DNA of 62,866 nucleotides, counting the filler, from Sluysia triapertura (Eukaryota): assembly GCA_046118255.1 (NCBI GenBank). It is 5 parts of 5 records of this genome, joined end to end, with 100 filler letters (N's around TTAATTAATTAA, not from the genome) between each part and the next. Parts side by side here need not be neighbours in the genome. Positions count along the whole stretch, not along the records: positions 36,967 to 51,400 come from JBJNIA010259514.1; positions 51,501 to 62,866 come from JBJNIA010185535.1; 3 more parts are not named here. One strand, given 5' to 3'. A model generated the notes under the pieces. That model saw nothing but the letters and a program-made list of their open reading frames with translations, was not told where the DNA came from and did not search any database. The stretch's first letter is position 1, and each line of letters starts with the position of its first letter. This document shows positions 38,012 through 53,000 of the stretch, one piece after another. Both the position numbers and the translations under genes were made by a program.

Positions 38012-41000
38012 TTCTAGATATTAGTGCTACATAAATTAATATTCCTTCCATTTTTTTCAATAATTAAGAAAAAGCGGTTTTGCTTTTAAAAATTAATTGA
38101 CATTTTGAAACTACTTTTTACAAGCAAAGATTTTGATCCATACTTTCACTGAATAAAATTCGGATTCTTTGAAAAACGTTTTTCTTTCTCATCAGCAGTA
38201 CATTATGGAAACTACGAGAGTAAATGGAGCTAACCATTTTAAAGTGGACTATCTGAAAACAAATTTAGTACGTTTCCTATTTCCATAAATTTTGATTTTG
38301 GGCTTTTGAACTTTTGTAAGGCATTTTCAATTTAAATAACTGAATAACTCCCAGTCGGTTCCCAATAAAAAAATATATTAATTTATATTGCGCTCATATC
38401 TACTACGAAAATATTCAAAAACGCTTAAGGTAAATCATTCACCATATTTCTTTGCCTTTTTCTTAAATATTTCATAATCTTCCAGCAATTTGGCATACGT
38501 AATTGTTTTTGGGTTTGATTTATTTTGATAATTCTTCAAAGTATTAATTTTTCAAGAAATGGGTCACTTATTGCTGGACGAATGGAATATATTATCATTA
38601 TTATTACTATTACATCTACAGATCGTCTACCTTATAAAAATGAACATAGAGATATTAGATTACCAAGAATGATACCACTTAAGTCAAATATCTGACTCTT
38701 TTGTGATTCATTGCTAATTTCTATAAAATTCCTGAATTATTTGAAAATTTGTATCGACAACTGGTAACTTTAATTATCACTTAATATTATTTACCCTTTA
38801 TCCATAAGTATTGAATGTTGCGCGCTATTTTTAGTACGATTCGCTGCGTAATTTATTGTGTGCTATATTTTAAATACAATAAAATAATCACATTACACAC
38901 TGACAAAAAGGCTGTATATTTATGATTAATCAAAATTATAATATTTTATGATTTTTAAAGACATTTTTACTATTCATATTATGCATAAAAATTAGATTTT
39001 TATAAAATTCAGAAACAATAAATTCAAATGTTTTTATTACTTACTACTTTAAATAGAATATTTTTCTACAATAATTTAAAAGTATAATTTAAATTTTTAA
39101 AATTTTTTTAGTTTTACTTCAGATTATACTTCACTTATTACCTAATTTTTCCAATAATCAACAAATTTTGTACGTAATTTTATTAAATGTTACAAAACTA
39201 TAATTGTTTGAATTATCTATTTATTTAATCTAATAAGTTTTATCAAAAAACTATATTAGTTTTTTTAGTTTACTTACAATTTTAAACGACATATTTTTTG
39301 AAAATAATTAAAATGGCTTATAAAAGTTTTATGGTATAAATAAATATAAAAATCTGAAAAAACGACTTTTGTGGTAATATGTTATGATATAATTAAGATT
39401 TTATTTTATTAATATACTTAGATGAATATAATGTTAAATTATCTATTGAATTAGAATACTACAAGTTAGTTCATTTGTCATTATCATCATAAGAGGGAGT
39501 TCTGTTTTAACCCTGATGAGGTTTTTAAAGGTAATTTATTGTAATACTTCATCGAACCTAAAGTTCTCTTTAGTTTATAATTTCTCAAATAAGATATCTC
39601 AAAAATGTATTTTTCGTACTAAACTTTACATTTTTTCAACATATTTAAGCTTAAGGCTCGGTTTAAATCAATTTCTTAAAATGAAAATTTAATAAGTTTG
39701 TCAGGGACTTTTGTAAATGTTTTGCTTTTGTAGGAATAGAATGTGCAACTTCCTTCCGTATTCATATGTATATTTTTTTATATAGAGAAGAAAGTTTTTA
39801 AATGATTTGAGCAAATGAGATCGAACTAAATTACCGGGCTGAGTGAATTTTCCATTTAGGGAGCTGATTCGAAAGAACCGATGAAACATGAATTACTGTT
39901 AAATTGTCGTTAATCTGATCGTAATCTATGAGATCTTGCGCCATTAGTTGCGCGATTTACTAACATGTCAAGTTCGATGTCATTAGCATGATCACTATCA
40001 TCATTATTCAATTTCCTTCTTATTCAACATTCTTTCTTAAATATTATACCTTGCTGTAAAATGACGTTTAGTTTTTTGGTCGCATTAAAGATGAGTTATG
40101 GACATAAGTTTTTGTAATAATTATGGTAAACTTAAAGATTTTATATTCTTTTATTGAAATTCTACTTCTACCATCATTATCGCGCAATTAATAGTCGTCA
40201 CTAAGAAAATTTTGACTGTTTTTATTGTATTGACTTAAATTTAATTAATTTTCATTTTTACGCAATTAATTTTTAGTCGGAGACGTGACAATAATAATTA
40301 TTATATTATACAGCTTATTTCTTGTTCTGCTTAAAATTAAACTTACACCTTACTTTTCCATATAAACTTTAATATCTTCACTACAAAGGTTATATCTTTT
40401 TATCAGATTCTCTTTAAGCTTAATACAATTATTACTTTTATATAATATACAGTTTAAGAATATGTAAGAACAAATAAAAATGTCATACGCTAGGAGTGTT
40501 GCAAACTCTTTTCTTTTACATTTTGAGTCATAATATTGTTAAATGTTTTGTCCTTATTAGCTGCAGATAATTGAAAGATGTATGGCCACTGTTGCTAACA
40601 AATTGGTGAATATTGTTATTGTAAATGCTGCTTACTAAGCTGAGATGGGGAATAATTTGGAAGTTCTTGATGTTGCTGAATGATTAAGAAATCTGACTGT
40701 TGAAATAATTGGCAATATATGATGATGAATGGATATGGGTTTATTTTATAGATTATTGTACTGTTGTCAACTATGATAAATGTATTTATTTATGTTGCAA
40801 GGTACTTTGGATTTTTCGAATATGAAGATAAAGATTTTTGTGAGTTTTGGAGTTTCGGTTCACAATGATTCATAAATTGCTCAAATCTATGGTCTTTGTT
40901 TAGTTTAATTCTCCATTGTTTCATAGAATGTTTTAAAATGTTCAATGTATGATCAGTACTAGTACTACGATGGAAGAATTTAAAATTGAAACCATAAATA

Positions 41001-41143
41001 AATTAAAATAAACATTAACATAAAACAAACGATGTTCTAGAACTACTTACTCACAAACTTTAGTATCACATTTCAGTTAATACATAACAATAAAAACAAT
41101 TTAGATAATTAATTTATTCGATATGCTTAAAGCAAACATTTAC

Positions 41144-44100
41144 CTGCTGCTTCTTTAGAAGTTGTGGACATATTCTGATTAGAAGTGGAACCATTTATAA
41201 ACATGTCAGGTTGATAAGGTGATTGGGAATTTCGTGGAATATATTGCGAATTAAATGCTCGAATAGGTGATGCACCTGGATGATAAATGTAACCACCTGG
41301 ACCGGGACTAGAGGTCTGTAAATAACTAGAACCAACAGTAGGTGGACCGGTAGCAGTTACAGAGTCAGTGCCTTGTGGTGGTAACCCTGAAGCTCCGGGT
41401 CCGGTATAGTTGACCGGATTGGATCGATTTGATAAGTAACTTTGATGCGGGCTGGAGTAGCGAATCGGGGAATAATAATTATTTGCATGTTGATGATGCA
41501 TCATCATTTGATTATAATTGGATATATCATATGGATTTCCTGTTTTAAATTGAGCTAAAAATATAAAGTACATTTAATAAATGAACGTAATACTTCATAA
41601 AGGAGTATATTTCTAATTAACTTTATCTACTCAAATTTTAAGCATTAATTCATTTGACACTTCAATCTAATGAAGAATAAATTTCATACCTGGAATAAAT
41701 TATTAAAAACCAATTAAATACATGATTCGGAAAATATAATTTCAAAAATTGATACGAAACATTTAAAAAAATTGTCAAAATATATTTAAAAGGAAAAAAT
41801 TCATAAAAATAAGACTCTAAAAGACAATAATAAATTCTGCAAAAGCAAATATACGGGATGTCTCAAAAGTAATTGAACCGCAAACTTAAATAAAAATTAG
41901 ATTTAGTATTTATAAATGTTCATAGTGTCCACCTTGAACTTCAATACAAGCACGACATATTTTGACAACATTGAGACATACTTTCAGGCAAGATCCCTCT
42001 GAAATCTGGTTCCATTCGTGCTGAATACTTTGTTTAGTTGATCAATTACCCTAGGCTTCCTGGTGTTCTTTAGAACTGTCCATACAAAAAATCAGGCGAT
42101 GTCAGATCCGGAGATCTGGCAGGCCATTCAATTAGTCCTCGACGTCCAATTCAACGTCCAGGAAATGTTCCATCAAGCCATAGTCGAACATCTTTAGTGT
42201 ACTGCGCTGGTGCTCCATCTTGTTGAAAATGAAGATAACCGAAATGGGGTACTCATAAACAATAGGAAACATTTTAGTCTTCAACATATCAAGGTAACCT
42301 TCACCATTAACAGTTCTTTCAAATTTGGATGCAAGATTGAACATTGTTTACTTATTCGGTATAAGTGTTCTGAGGTTTGCTTTCTATCTTTTTGCAACTT
42401 GCTTGTAGCTAGTCCTTGCATAGTAATTCTTAGTACGAAGATATTAACGAAGATTTAAGAATAAAAATCAATCAATGACGTCAGAATAAAATCAATAAGA
42501 TCACACAACAAAATGAATAGTAGCGAAGATAACATAAAAGAAATTATATTTGTCGTTTTTGATATCAAATTTTGCGATTCGGTTACTTCTGGGATACCCT
42601 GTAGATTCAGCTAAATTTATATACTGAAAGACCTATTTAATATAAGATCGATGTGATACACATTTTGTAAATTATTTTTTTAAATAACTTTTGCTTTAAA
42701 TTTAATATTATAATTAAACGTTTAGGAATTTGTTAAATTATTATTTTTAAGCCAAATTGCGTATGTATTAGAGTTGGAAAAACTGTATTAAAATAAAAAT
42801 GTGTACCATGTGAATTGCTTATCTCCATATAATGTAGGACCGATGTTATTTTTCCGAAAATTCTTCAAAAACGGCATATATAAACCTGTATCCCAAAAAT
42901 AGGCAAATATAATGATAATCTTACCACCCAATAAAATAATTTTTAAATATTTATAATATTCAAATTTTCCATTAACACCCGCAATTCTTTTCCGTGATGA
43001 CACAAATAATTTAATTATTGTTTAAACCTCACGCGGACATTATGTTTTAATTTGTACTAAATGGAAGATGAAATTCTCAAATAAAAAATTTTTAAGGATA
43101 ATTTTAACTTATTAAAAATATGCAAAACTAATAGTAACTCATTCAAGATGTACCGCAACCAAAATTCTAAAATATCACTTGCGACCACCACAATCACGCT
43201 TCACAGAAAAATGTATATCCACAAACAAGACATGTAAACATCAAACCCTAATAAACACTTAGAGAAACCATTGTCTTACATTGCGTCAGGAAAAATTTCG
43301 TTTAATCACAGTTATAAAATCAAAACCTCAATCTTTGACATCGTTAAGTTCCTTCACACTTCTTGAAAGGCAGGTCTTAATCTATTTCACAAGAACTTCC
43401 TCTTCGAATTTGGTGTCCATGACAATACCTATTCTCTTACAAAGTAAGTTATTCATTATCATACATACTAATTAAGCAGGTTTTTCTTAACACGGGATAA
43501 AATTCATCACATTATGGTCCTATTTGAATTGAAAAATGATTTCAAACTTCAAAAGTAACTCTTTCTTTCAAACACTGAACCTATCATATACCATTGGATT
43601 AAAAACGAATTGGATAGTTTGGAGAAATGTGATTAGAAGATATTTGCTATTTTAAAAAGTTCTAAATCCAACCTTATCGTATCTCCATTTACTAATATCC
43701 TCTCTCCATTTAACTATATCATCCGTCAGTCCTTCAATTGTGATTTAAACAATCTTATTTCATTTAGTACACTAATGTACCAATTTCATGGATTAATCTT
43801 GCAATATCTCACAAACACTTTGTGAATTTATATTGCAAACTATGAAAATATTGTTGCCCAGCTACTCAAGTTACTATTTCCAAAATATATTCTTTATTTT
43901 TCCTGTGCAATGAGAAACGAATTTTTAAGATATTATTTTCCTAAAAGAATTTAAATCATAGTCATAGAAATAAAAATTTGGCGGGTACACTGAGCTCATA
44001 TCCAAGTGAAATCACCGTTTAATAGTCAATTTCAGGAAAATAACGATTTTATTCTTAAATTCAATGTATTCCACATATAAACAATTCAAAATATAAAATT

Positions 44101-47100
44101 TTACTACTTCATTTTGCATGTACAGTGGTGGCCAAATTATTAGACTAAAACAGGAAAAATGTTTACTTTGGTTTTCTAAATATTTGCTAGCCAGGTCAGG
44201 AAACTTTCCAGGCATGAATAACAGAAAATCTGTGGCAGATTGTCAAAACAGAGTTTCTACATATAAGCCAACCACCAGGACGGAACTTATTGAAACCCTG
44301 ATAAAAATATGGCATCACGATAACATCAAAGACTTATGACCCAAGTTCATCCGTGGCATGCCTTTAAGGATTAGGAAATTATTGGATAACAAAGTACTGA
44401 TACAACAGTACTACATAACTGATTTGTAGTAAATTGTTTTATCATTCTTCAAGAATAAGTTTTCTGTATCTTTTGAATCTCACTATTTTTATCTATTATT
44501 TTATTCACCACAATTTTTTGAAGAAAGTAGTTATTTTCTACTTTCCGTAACAATGTTTTTATACACTTTTGATTAATAGCATCATAGTATCCTTGAAAAA
44601 TGTTGAAAATATCACAAAAATGGTCATTAGTCTAATAATAGATCTAATAATAATTTACATCTATTACGTAAATTTATCTTAATAGGCTTATTCTTTGTGT
44701 ATCTTAAATCCTTACTTTCAAAAACTGATTCCGATCCAAAACATCCACATAACAGACAACTCGAAAAAAGAATTTGTGATACATTGTATCTTATTTTCTT
44801 AAAATGTGGGCAATATATTATTATTATTGATTATAGTCATGATAAATATTACTAAAATTATTCGAGATTATTTGAAAACTCTACCAAATAATTTGGGTAT
44901 ATAATTATTATGCGAATAGTTTCTGACTTTAAGAAATTGGGAGAAACAATTATACATTTATTACTTTTAAATTAGTGAACACCTAAACTAATAAATATAA
45001 TAAAATTCAAATATTTAAATTTGTATCAAATTTTCAAAGTATATGTATGTATGCGTGTATGTATGATATGATAATGTAAGTATTAGTTGTGGTTAATAAA
45101 AATTAACATTATTTTCGTCTTAGTTTGTTCACATCTTACATCTACTCGTCCATGATAATAGGTAGAATCCAGATATATACATTTAACATTTGGACTTATT
45201 TCTATTTCCAAGCGAAACTAACTTATTAGCACTGAACAATTAGGTAAAACCTATAACCTATGATTTAATTTATCGTATACGTTAATAAAAATTGTACTGT
45301 TACTCATATGTGCATGACAGCAAAAAACATTTTTAAAAATGCATCTACAGTTAATAAATATATGGGATAAATCAATTAAATCATATCTTTTACAAATAAA
45401 CATATATCACCACGCGTGGCAATTTTGTTACATGTTACCAAACAGTACTCGGATGATAATGTATTAATAACCTTTTTTAAGCGACATTTAAAAATTTTAA
45501 ATTTTGATTTTACAAAGTTACAGCTTACTATAACTATACTAATTAGAAGATATTTTGGTTTTCCATTTAAAACAATAAATGAATCTATTAAAATATCAAT
45601 TTTTTTTATCTAAAGTTATTCACTTGTAGGTAACTTTTTTTGTAATATGACTTCGGTGTTTTTAATTCTTTTTTTCCAGGAAAGTCATTTTTATGGAATT
45701 TCTTTTACACATAAATCGCACTTTATTATGACCATTATTAGCCTTCATAAAATGAACTGATCGGGATTCCAACCTATAACTTTTCATTGCGCAGTCCGAT
45801 ACTCTGACCCCTGAACCGTAAGACCAGTGTAGTAATTTTAGGCATATGTTTGATTATTATTATCATCACAATAGTAACATTGGGATTTTGTAATTAAGTA
45901 GGTATTTTGTCAAATTCCGAAATCCGTTTAGGAACCATTTTAGCTATCTAATCTATACTTAGAGCTTTGCTTTCGCTGTGTGGTAGAATTTCTCAGAAAT
46001 TTTTTTTTGCCTTTTTAACATATTCATTAAAATTTAGTGACATCTTCGTTGCTATGAACGTAATGACACTTGTCGTGATCGTGCATAATTGTTAAAAACT
46101 CTGAAATTATATCTTCGTTTATCTCTTTTGATTTCAGATCACTTTCAATAAGCCTAGTAATATAAAAAGTTTATTACTAAGTTAGACATTAAGTGTTAGT
46201 TGGTACTGCTCGTAAAATTTAAATTTGAAAATATTCCAACTACTTATTCCTTGTGATTTCAGCGATTATTTAATTTAAATGTCATGCTATTCCAAAGAGA
46301 AGCAATTATTAGTGTTATTGTTCTATAACAATGTTTGATTTTATTAGAGTATTTTTGTCTTCTGTTTTATCGTATTGGGTTGGTACCTAAGTTCGTGGAG
46401 TTTTTTACTTACCATGCAAAAATTTCCAGATAACAGAATGAATTTATTAAATCATTAGAAAAAACAAATATCTCAGTCTCAATCGGTGAGATATTCTCCA
46501 CCATAATCGATCACTTCCTTCCACCTTTCTCTTTTTTGTCAATTCCACGCTTGAAGAAGCTTGGTGATTTCGAAATCCACTTTTGTGCTGTTAGTTCATT
46601 TTCACCATAAACGCAACAAATCATTCCGGTGGCTTAGGCAGCGTTTAAATGTTGATTAAAATGGAAAATGAGTAGATACTGGAAATGTTCATTTTTATCT
46701 ACCTGACAATCCATTTTAATGAGAGTAATGAAAGTGAAAGTTAATCAGAAATTATTTAAATAGATAATTCAGCTGAATGAATATAACTTAAATCAGTTTG
46801 TTGGTGTGTTTCCTTTGCAACAAATAAAACCGCACGAATTTATGCTCAAATCCAATAATTAATAAATTAATGATTATAGTGTCATTTTAAAAATCAAGAC
46901 ATACGTTTTCCTCTTATTGCCCTTATAAGCAATAAATTAAATTAATTCTCAATAATTTATTTTTATTTCTAAACAAACATTTACTCCATAGTCAAGACCA
47001 ACAGAATCATTGTCCGTTTAAAAATTAGATTTTTAAGAACTGTTTCATAAGCTTCATAAAGATATTGCATGTGGTGAAACTTTTTACATTTGTATGTCGG

Positions 47101-50022
47101 TTTGAATAGCGAAAGGACTGAAACGGTGATCAAGAAGTAATTCGTAATCAAGATCGAAAAGTATTCGATTTTTGAAAATGAAATAAAGTGACATGATATA
47201 TCGAATGATTGATGTGAATATCGAAATAGGAATGCAGTATTTAACTATGTTAAATAATGTAATCTATCTTTATGCATAGCAACTAAATCTTAAGGTTTAT
47301 ATATTTTGCTATGCATTGAAATATATATACTAAGCTGATATAAGACGAACATGTAAATATTGGTGGAAACTTTCAACCACTGAAAATTCATCATAAGCGA
47401 ACATTGAAATACACGACAACAGAATGAATATTACGTATGTTAACTTGTAATAAAAATTTTGCAAAATAATTTAAAATTTCTTACTAAATTTGTAACAAAA
47501 CCCAAGTTACTATGTATTTTAAGCAAGTATAAAGAAATGTTGAATAAAGGAATTGCCACTTATAACAAGCTTCAGATTAAACAGAAACACTGCAACGTGA
47601 ATAAAGTAGTAATGAAAAATGAACACTAACATACAAAAACTAGCTAAAGCAAGCCGAGCGTAAATAATTAAATTATGACCAATATTATAATTTAGAATGA
47701 AATCAACTATTATATAAAACAAACTGGCCATAAATATGTATGCATTTAACTATTACCAATATAAGGAATTAACTGCTGGGAGAAAGTAGTTGTGGAAAAG
47801 TTATTACAAAATGAAATTAGTAAAATTACTGGCCACCAAATAATATCAATAAAAACACAATATAAAGTAATGTTTTCATAGATTTGTCAGATAATTGTGA
47901 ATACAGTTTAAACTTCATTTTTCTCCTAAGTATAAATGTGCAATTTAAAAATATTTAATATATAAACTAATACTTCAAAAATTACTTCAACCTAAACAAT
48001 TATCAGAACAATTCACTTGTTTTACCTTTACGGTAATAGATGTTAGTTAATTAAGTTTTCATTGTCATTGAATACGGTGAAGCGACATTTTGTAAGATTA
48101 GAAAATTTAAATTTGCTAACTTCGCATTTCCATCTCCTACAACTGAGACGAGTTAAAAGAATGCATCATTTGATATTAACTTTAATTTAAATTCAGACTT
48201 AAACGTTACATGACATTTTTGAGTTTGAAATTATAATTGTGATTTGCCAAGCTTTTAGAAATAAGATAATTTTATGTTAATAGTTTGAATAAAGTTACTG
48301 TCTATAACTACCAAATATTGACAAACCTTTACAGCCTCCATTTAACACTCACAAAAAATAAAGAAACATTTAATTTAAGTAGTAAACGCTAAAGGATTTA
48401 ATGGAAAATATCTTGTTTATGATTATTGTCAATTTTGAAAATATTTTCCGTTCCTGAATTAAAGACGCATGTTATTTTAACAAACGAATAAAAAATAAAA
48501 TAAATAACCAAGTATTTAATAAAAATTATATTATTCCGATGAATTCCATACTTTTAAACAAAGAAATAAAGTGATACATATATCATGTGAAGTGTAATTT
48601 TCAGAATTATTTAACAAACATAGTTTTGCATCATTTTATAAAATTTATTATTATACATTTGAGTACATTCCAACTCCAACCGAGTGACTGAACTTCAGAT
48701 ATTCATCTTTCCATTTTTTTGCTTAATTTACACGTTCTAAAGATGTACAATTTAATGAAATATAGATCTAATTTCCTAAGTTTTCGATGAAATTAATCTT
48801 TGCAAGTATATTTAGCCAACGCATGAGAAAGCTGTTGATTTTTAGATTCTAATGTACCAAGATCTTTTTAATAATTCCTGCATAACCGAAACTTCCATTT
48901 TTTAACAGAATCATTATTTGATCACAAATAATGGATAAAACATGAGGCAAGTGAACGAATTAAAAATGACACAAAAGAAATGGTTAAGCTATGAAATTTT
49001 ATGCTAGGGTTAAACCATTGAGATGTAAGATATGTGGAATGTTTCGTAGATGAGTAAAATGTTTAGATAGGTGTTGCGTAACAGTACATAATGAATGTCC
49101 TTTAACATATGTTTCTGATGCAATAAAATCATAGATAATGGTTTGGAACAGCACAAGGTAAATTTATCTGATTTCATGACCTTTACCCTGTCATTTAACA
49201 CTTACCACATATATTAAAATGAAGAATAAAAATTCCTTACATAATTTGCTAAGAACATTTAATAAGGAAGATTATTATTTTCAGTCGTAAACAAAATAAG
49301 TTTCTAAATAAAATATTGTGCAAATCAAATATTTTTTATATTTTTATTTTATATGCATGAACAATCGATTATTAATCACGGAAAAAACATATTTAAACTT
49401 TGCCATATAGAAATTATATCAAAACAGCGGATTACAAAATTTCAAGACCTCAAAGAACTAAATGCATAAGTTTTTAATTCAAATTATTGTAAACTTGAAA
49501 AACGGAATTTAATAAGACTAAAATTTGAATATGTAATGAAGTTCTAGTTTTATGACATAATATGGAAAATGATTTAAAATTAAATTAAGTAACATGAAAT
49601 AAAATCTTACATTGTATTCCTTTAATATCGTAATTATAAGCACCATTATTTTCGGATTTTTCCACTGAATTAGTTTCCGATTTTAATATAGAATCACTTG
49701 AATCGAATGATTTCGTCTGAATTTACAATAAAAACATGGGAAATAAACTTACATTAGATTCTTGTCCTTGTGACATACTCCAATTTTCTATCGTTTTGTA
49801 TCCAGAATAATTAGGTACGTTTGCTGTATTGTACATATTAGTGTGCTGATTGTTTTGTAATAATTGATTTAATGATGAAACTGGATTAGTAGGACAATAC
49901 GCATAATTTTGTTTTTCATCGTACATAATTTTTGTTTGATTGATATTTCCAGTATTATCGTTTGGATGATTATTGTTAGTACAATTTGTATTAACGTCCG
50001 TACTTATCTTTGAATATTCCAT
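41144..50022 (-). CDS. Host gene, partial: exons 50022-49753, 49716-49611, 41554-41144; N/Q/P/S/Y-rich low-complexity protein, possibly a transcription-factor N-terminus
   Basis: Canonical GT/AG boundaries, phases 0/1/1 join without stops, higher GC than flanks. No recognisable domain, and the 3' exons were not found. Confidence 0.7.
41854..42601 (-). mobile_element. Tc1/mariner (DD37D/maT-like) deleted element inside an intron
   Basis: TA-flanked imperfect TIRs CGGGATGTCTCAAAAGTAATTGAACCGCAAA / CAGGGTATCCCAGAAGTAACCGAATCGCAAA. Encodes FQQDGAPAQYTKDVRLWLDGTFPGR*IGRRG..EWPARSPDLTSPDF. Confidence 0.9.
44123..44639 (+). mobile_element. Tc1-like deleted element, copy 2 (right TIR truncated)
   Basis: TA-CAGTGGTGGCCAAATTATTAGACT; KPTTRTELIETLIKIWHHD. 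Aligns over its length to 12734-13231. Confidence 0.9.
45754..45826 (-). mobile_element. tRNA-derived SINE head or tRNA pseudogene
   Basis: Revcomp GGTCTTACGGTTCAGGGGTCAGAG...GGTTGGAATCCCG carries A-box- and B-box-like motifs at tRNA spacing, but the stems pair poorly. Confidence 0.55.
46375..46855 (-). mobile_element. Mariner (Mos1-like) deleted element
   Basis: TA-flanked TIRs TTGGGTTGGTACCTAAGTTCGTG / TTGGATTTGAGCATAAATTCGTG. N-terminus MDCQVDKNEHFQYLLIFHFNQHLNAA*ATGMICCVYGE...AQKW. Confidence 0.85.
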
Positions 50023-53000
50023 AATAAAGTCCAAATTTTAAATAATAAATCCACTGTAAATATAAGTATCTAGCTCAATATTTATTTAAACATTTTCTCT
50101 GAATTTAATATGTACTATTAATATCACCTTTTGCACGTTTTATCAAAATTTTCAGTATAAATTTGTCCAAATTTTCAAATATAAAATCCACTCTGATAAA
50201 AATTGTTCATAACAATAGAACCTTGAATTTAGTATATAGCACAAATAATAAATAAATATATAGTATAGTATAATAATCAAAAATTTCGTTTATAGATAGT
50301 AAAATATAACTTCATTTACAACTAAATATCTACAATATTAAAAAACTGAAAATAGATTATAAGAAAATTCATTATAAAATTTTAATGATGTATATAAAAA
50401 GATGTAATAATATGAAAAATTGAACTATATAGTAAAACTTAGAAATTCAAGAGAAGTAACTAAAATATCAAGCGTAGTGCCGTATCAATAATGATTTATC
50501 GACTGATTAATAATGACTGTTACTTTAATTAAGTTTTTGAAGTTTTAGCTTATTTTGAATAAGATAAATTTTATATTTGAAATTTTTATGTATAAAATGA
50601 TTTAATATATATTATTTAATGATTCTATATAAAAAATTTTTTAAAAAAATTATTATATGACGTAAATTTTCTTTATTATTTTAATTGAAACTTAATAAAA
50701 TTAAGCTACTTGTGATTGTGGTTGTTCGTGCGACAACACACTGAATCAACTGTCGCCTGCTAAAGTAAAAGCGCATGATATCTTGTCCGTTCTCTCATTC
50801 CGGACTATGTAAGTGTGTTTGCATGCAGGGTTTTACAACAATCTATTAAAACAACGAAAAAACCTATTTTTATGACTAACTCACAGTTTTTATTACAATT
50901 CAATGATTATAAGTATGTATGTAATAATACTTTTCTTTCTTATTCTTTCCATTTTTCATACTTACTAATGCACACTTATTTACTTACATTTGCTAGTATG
51001 TTTTTGTGTATGTTTGTTTATCTGTGCTGCCTACATGGTTTATATGTTATATATTTATAAAAAAATTTCGATTTTGCTTAACTATAAACTATATAGTAGA
51101 AATAATAATAAATCATCAACAGTAGATGTTGTTTTATTAAGAGAAAAATTTTTAGGGAAAATAAAAAGCAAGCAACGAACAACAGTAACAAAAAAATTAA
51201 TGAAAATCATTTTGATTCAGATATTATTATAATAAATATATTATCAACATTACGTTAAAAGGATTTTTGTTGTTATTATTAAATTTGAATTGCATTCATA
51301 TGATGAGTCGATGTTTGTTGCTTTAAATAAACACACAACATTTAACCAATCATATTTGAGGTTGTTTATTTAAAATAAAATATATAAAACCTATTAGATA
51401 NNNNNNNNNNNNNNNNNNNNNNNNNNNNNNNNNNNNNNNNNNNNTTAATTAATTAANNNNNNNNNNNNNNNNNNNNNNNNNNNNNNNNNNNNNNNNNNNN
51501 ATCTGCTTTCACTAGTAGTGTAAATCAAACGAAAACTATCAGATATCCAAAACAATTATTGAAATCTGTAATTTTTCTTACAAATAATTTTAGATTATAT
51601 TTTCATAACGCAACATTTTCTCGCCTTTGTAAAATACACTTTATACGTTTTAAAAAATGATTTGGATTATATTTTTGAATTTATTTTGTCTTTCATTTAT
51701 TAATTTTAAATCTTACTAATTATTTAAAATTTAAATGTACCTAATCATTAGTTCTTATACTTTATATTACATTTGCATATGGTTAAAATTGTATACTTTA
51801 ACTCAATTAAAATATTTATCCTTATGTGAAAATGAAATTTCAATTATTTAAAAGTAGTGTTTGTTAAATATTAAAATTTTAATTAATTAAATTATTAAGA
51901 CTATTTTATATACGTAAAAACAATATTTTCTTTCAAAACATTATTGATTTTAGTCAACATTGCTTTAAAATATAAGTTTCGTTTTCTTTTTTCACTTTCT
52001 TAAATCTTTTCGTTTAATATCTCATCAATGCTTTCAGATAATTTGTTTTAACCCATTACTTATCACAATTCAAAAGTACAAAAAAAATAAATTAACTCTA
52101 TAATGATATTCATACTAACACAATTGGTTTTTGTTTTTAATATTTTCATTATTTTAACGGCTGATTTTGTTAAAAGAAAAAAATTTGAAAATGTGTCCAA
52201 AAATAGGACATACAAAACAAGTATATTATATTATCGTTTGTAAAATAAATATTTTAAAGATTAACTGAAAGATTTATGCAGTAAATTATTTTAGCTATGT
52301 TTAACCTATAATGTGACACTAATATGATTGCATACCTTAAAAATATGGAGTAGGTTTAGATGTTTTGATTTTTTCCTTTGGATTTTTAATAATAAATACT
52401 ACTTTGAATGTTTATTTGATTTAGATTTTTATTTTGCATTTAAATCAGCACATGCAGATCATTAAGTACTAATCCCTACTTATGTTTAAATTGTTCCTAT
52501 TTTTAGTAAATAAATATTGCTTCAAGATTAACTGTAATAACAATTAGTATTTTTAAATTCTTATTGGTTGATTAGTTTAATTGTTGTTTTGTATATTTTT
52601 CCTAAAACAGAAAATTTTAAATTGTACTAAGTTAAAATAAAATGCAGTAATTTTGAATTAAAAACTTACATAAAATGTATTTTATAAAAAGAAAAATCAT
52701 TTTTTATTTCATAAAATTATTTATTTATTTTTCGATTGATTATTTTTATTTGATTATTGCAATATTATGTGTGCATAACTTAAAAATGCTACTAGGTAAT
52801 TTTTATTTTAAATTAATTCTATCAATCAAATCGGTTTATAATTAGTTTTTGTATCGGGAAAGTTAGTTCTCATTTATTATTAAGTAAAGTAAATAAATAA
52901 TAGAAAACAGTACATCAATAATTCATTAATACATTATCATATAAACGGCTTAAACAAAAATCTATTATAGCCAAGAAAATATATTAAAAACATCAACTAC

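Noticed and set aside
39505-40100. Possible piggyBac relic (TTAACCCT, SPVI*FDL peptide)
   Set aside because: No matching second TIR, and the peptide similarity is too weak.
42788-43900. Short ORFs and retroelement-like sequence inside the intron
   Set aside because: No interpretable motif; probably decayed TE, but I cannot support a call.
47770-47805. LLGESSCGK P-loop-like peptide
   Set aside because: Preceded directly by a stop, with no splice support or further GTPase motifs.
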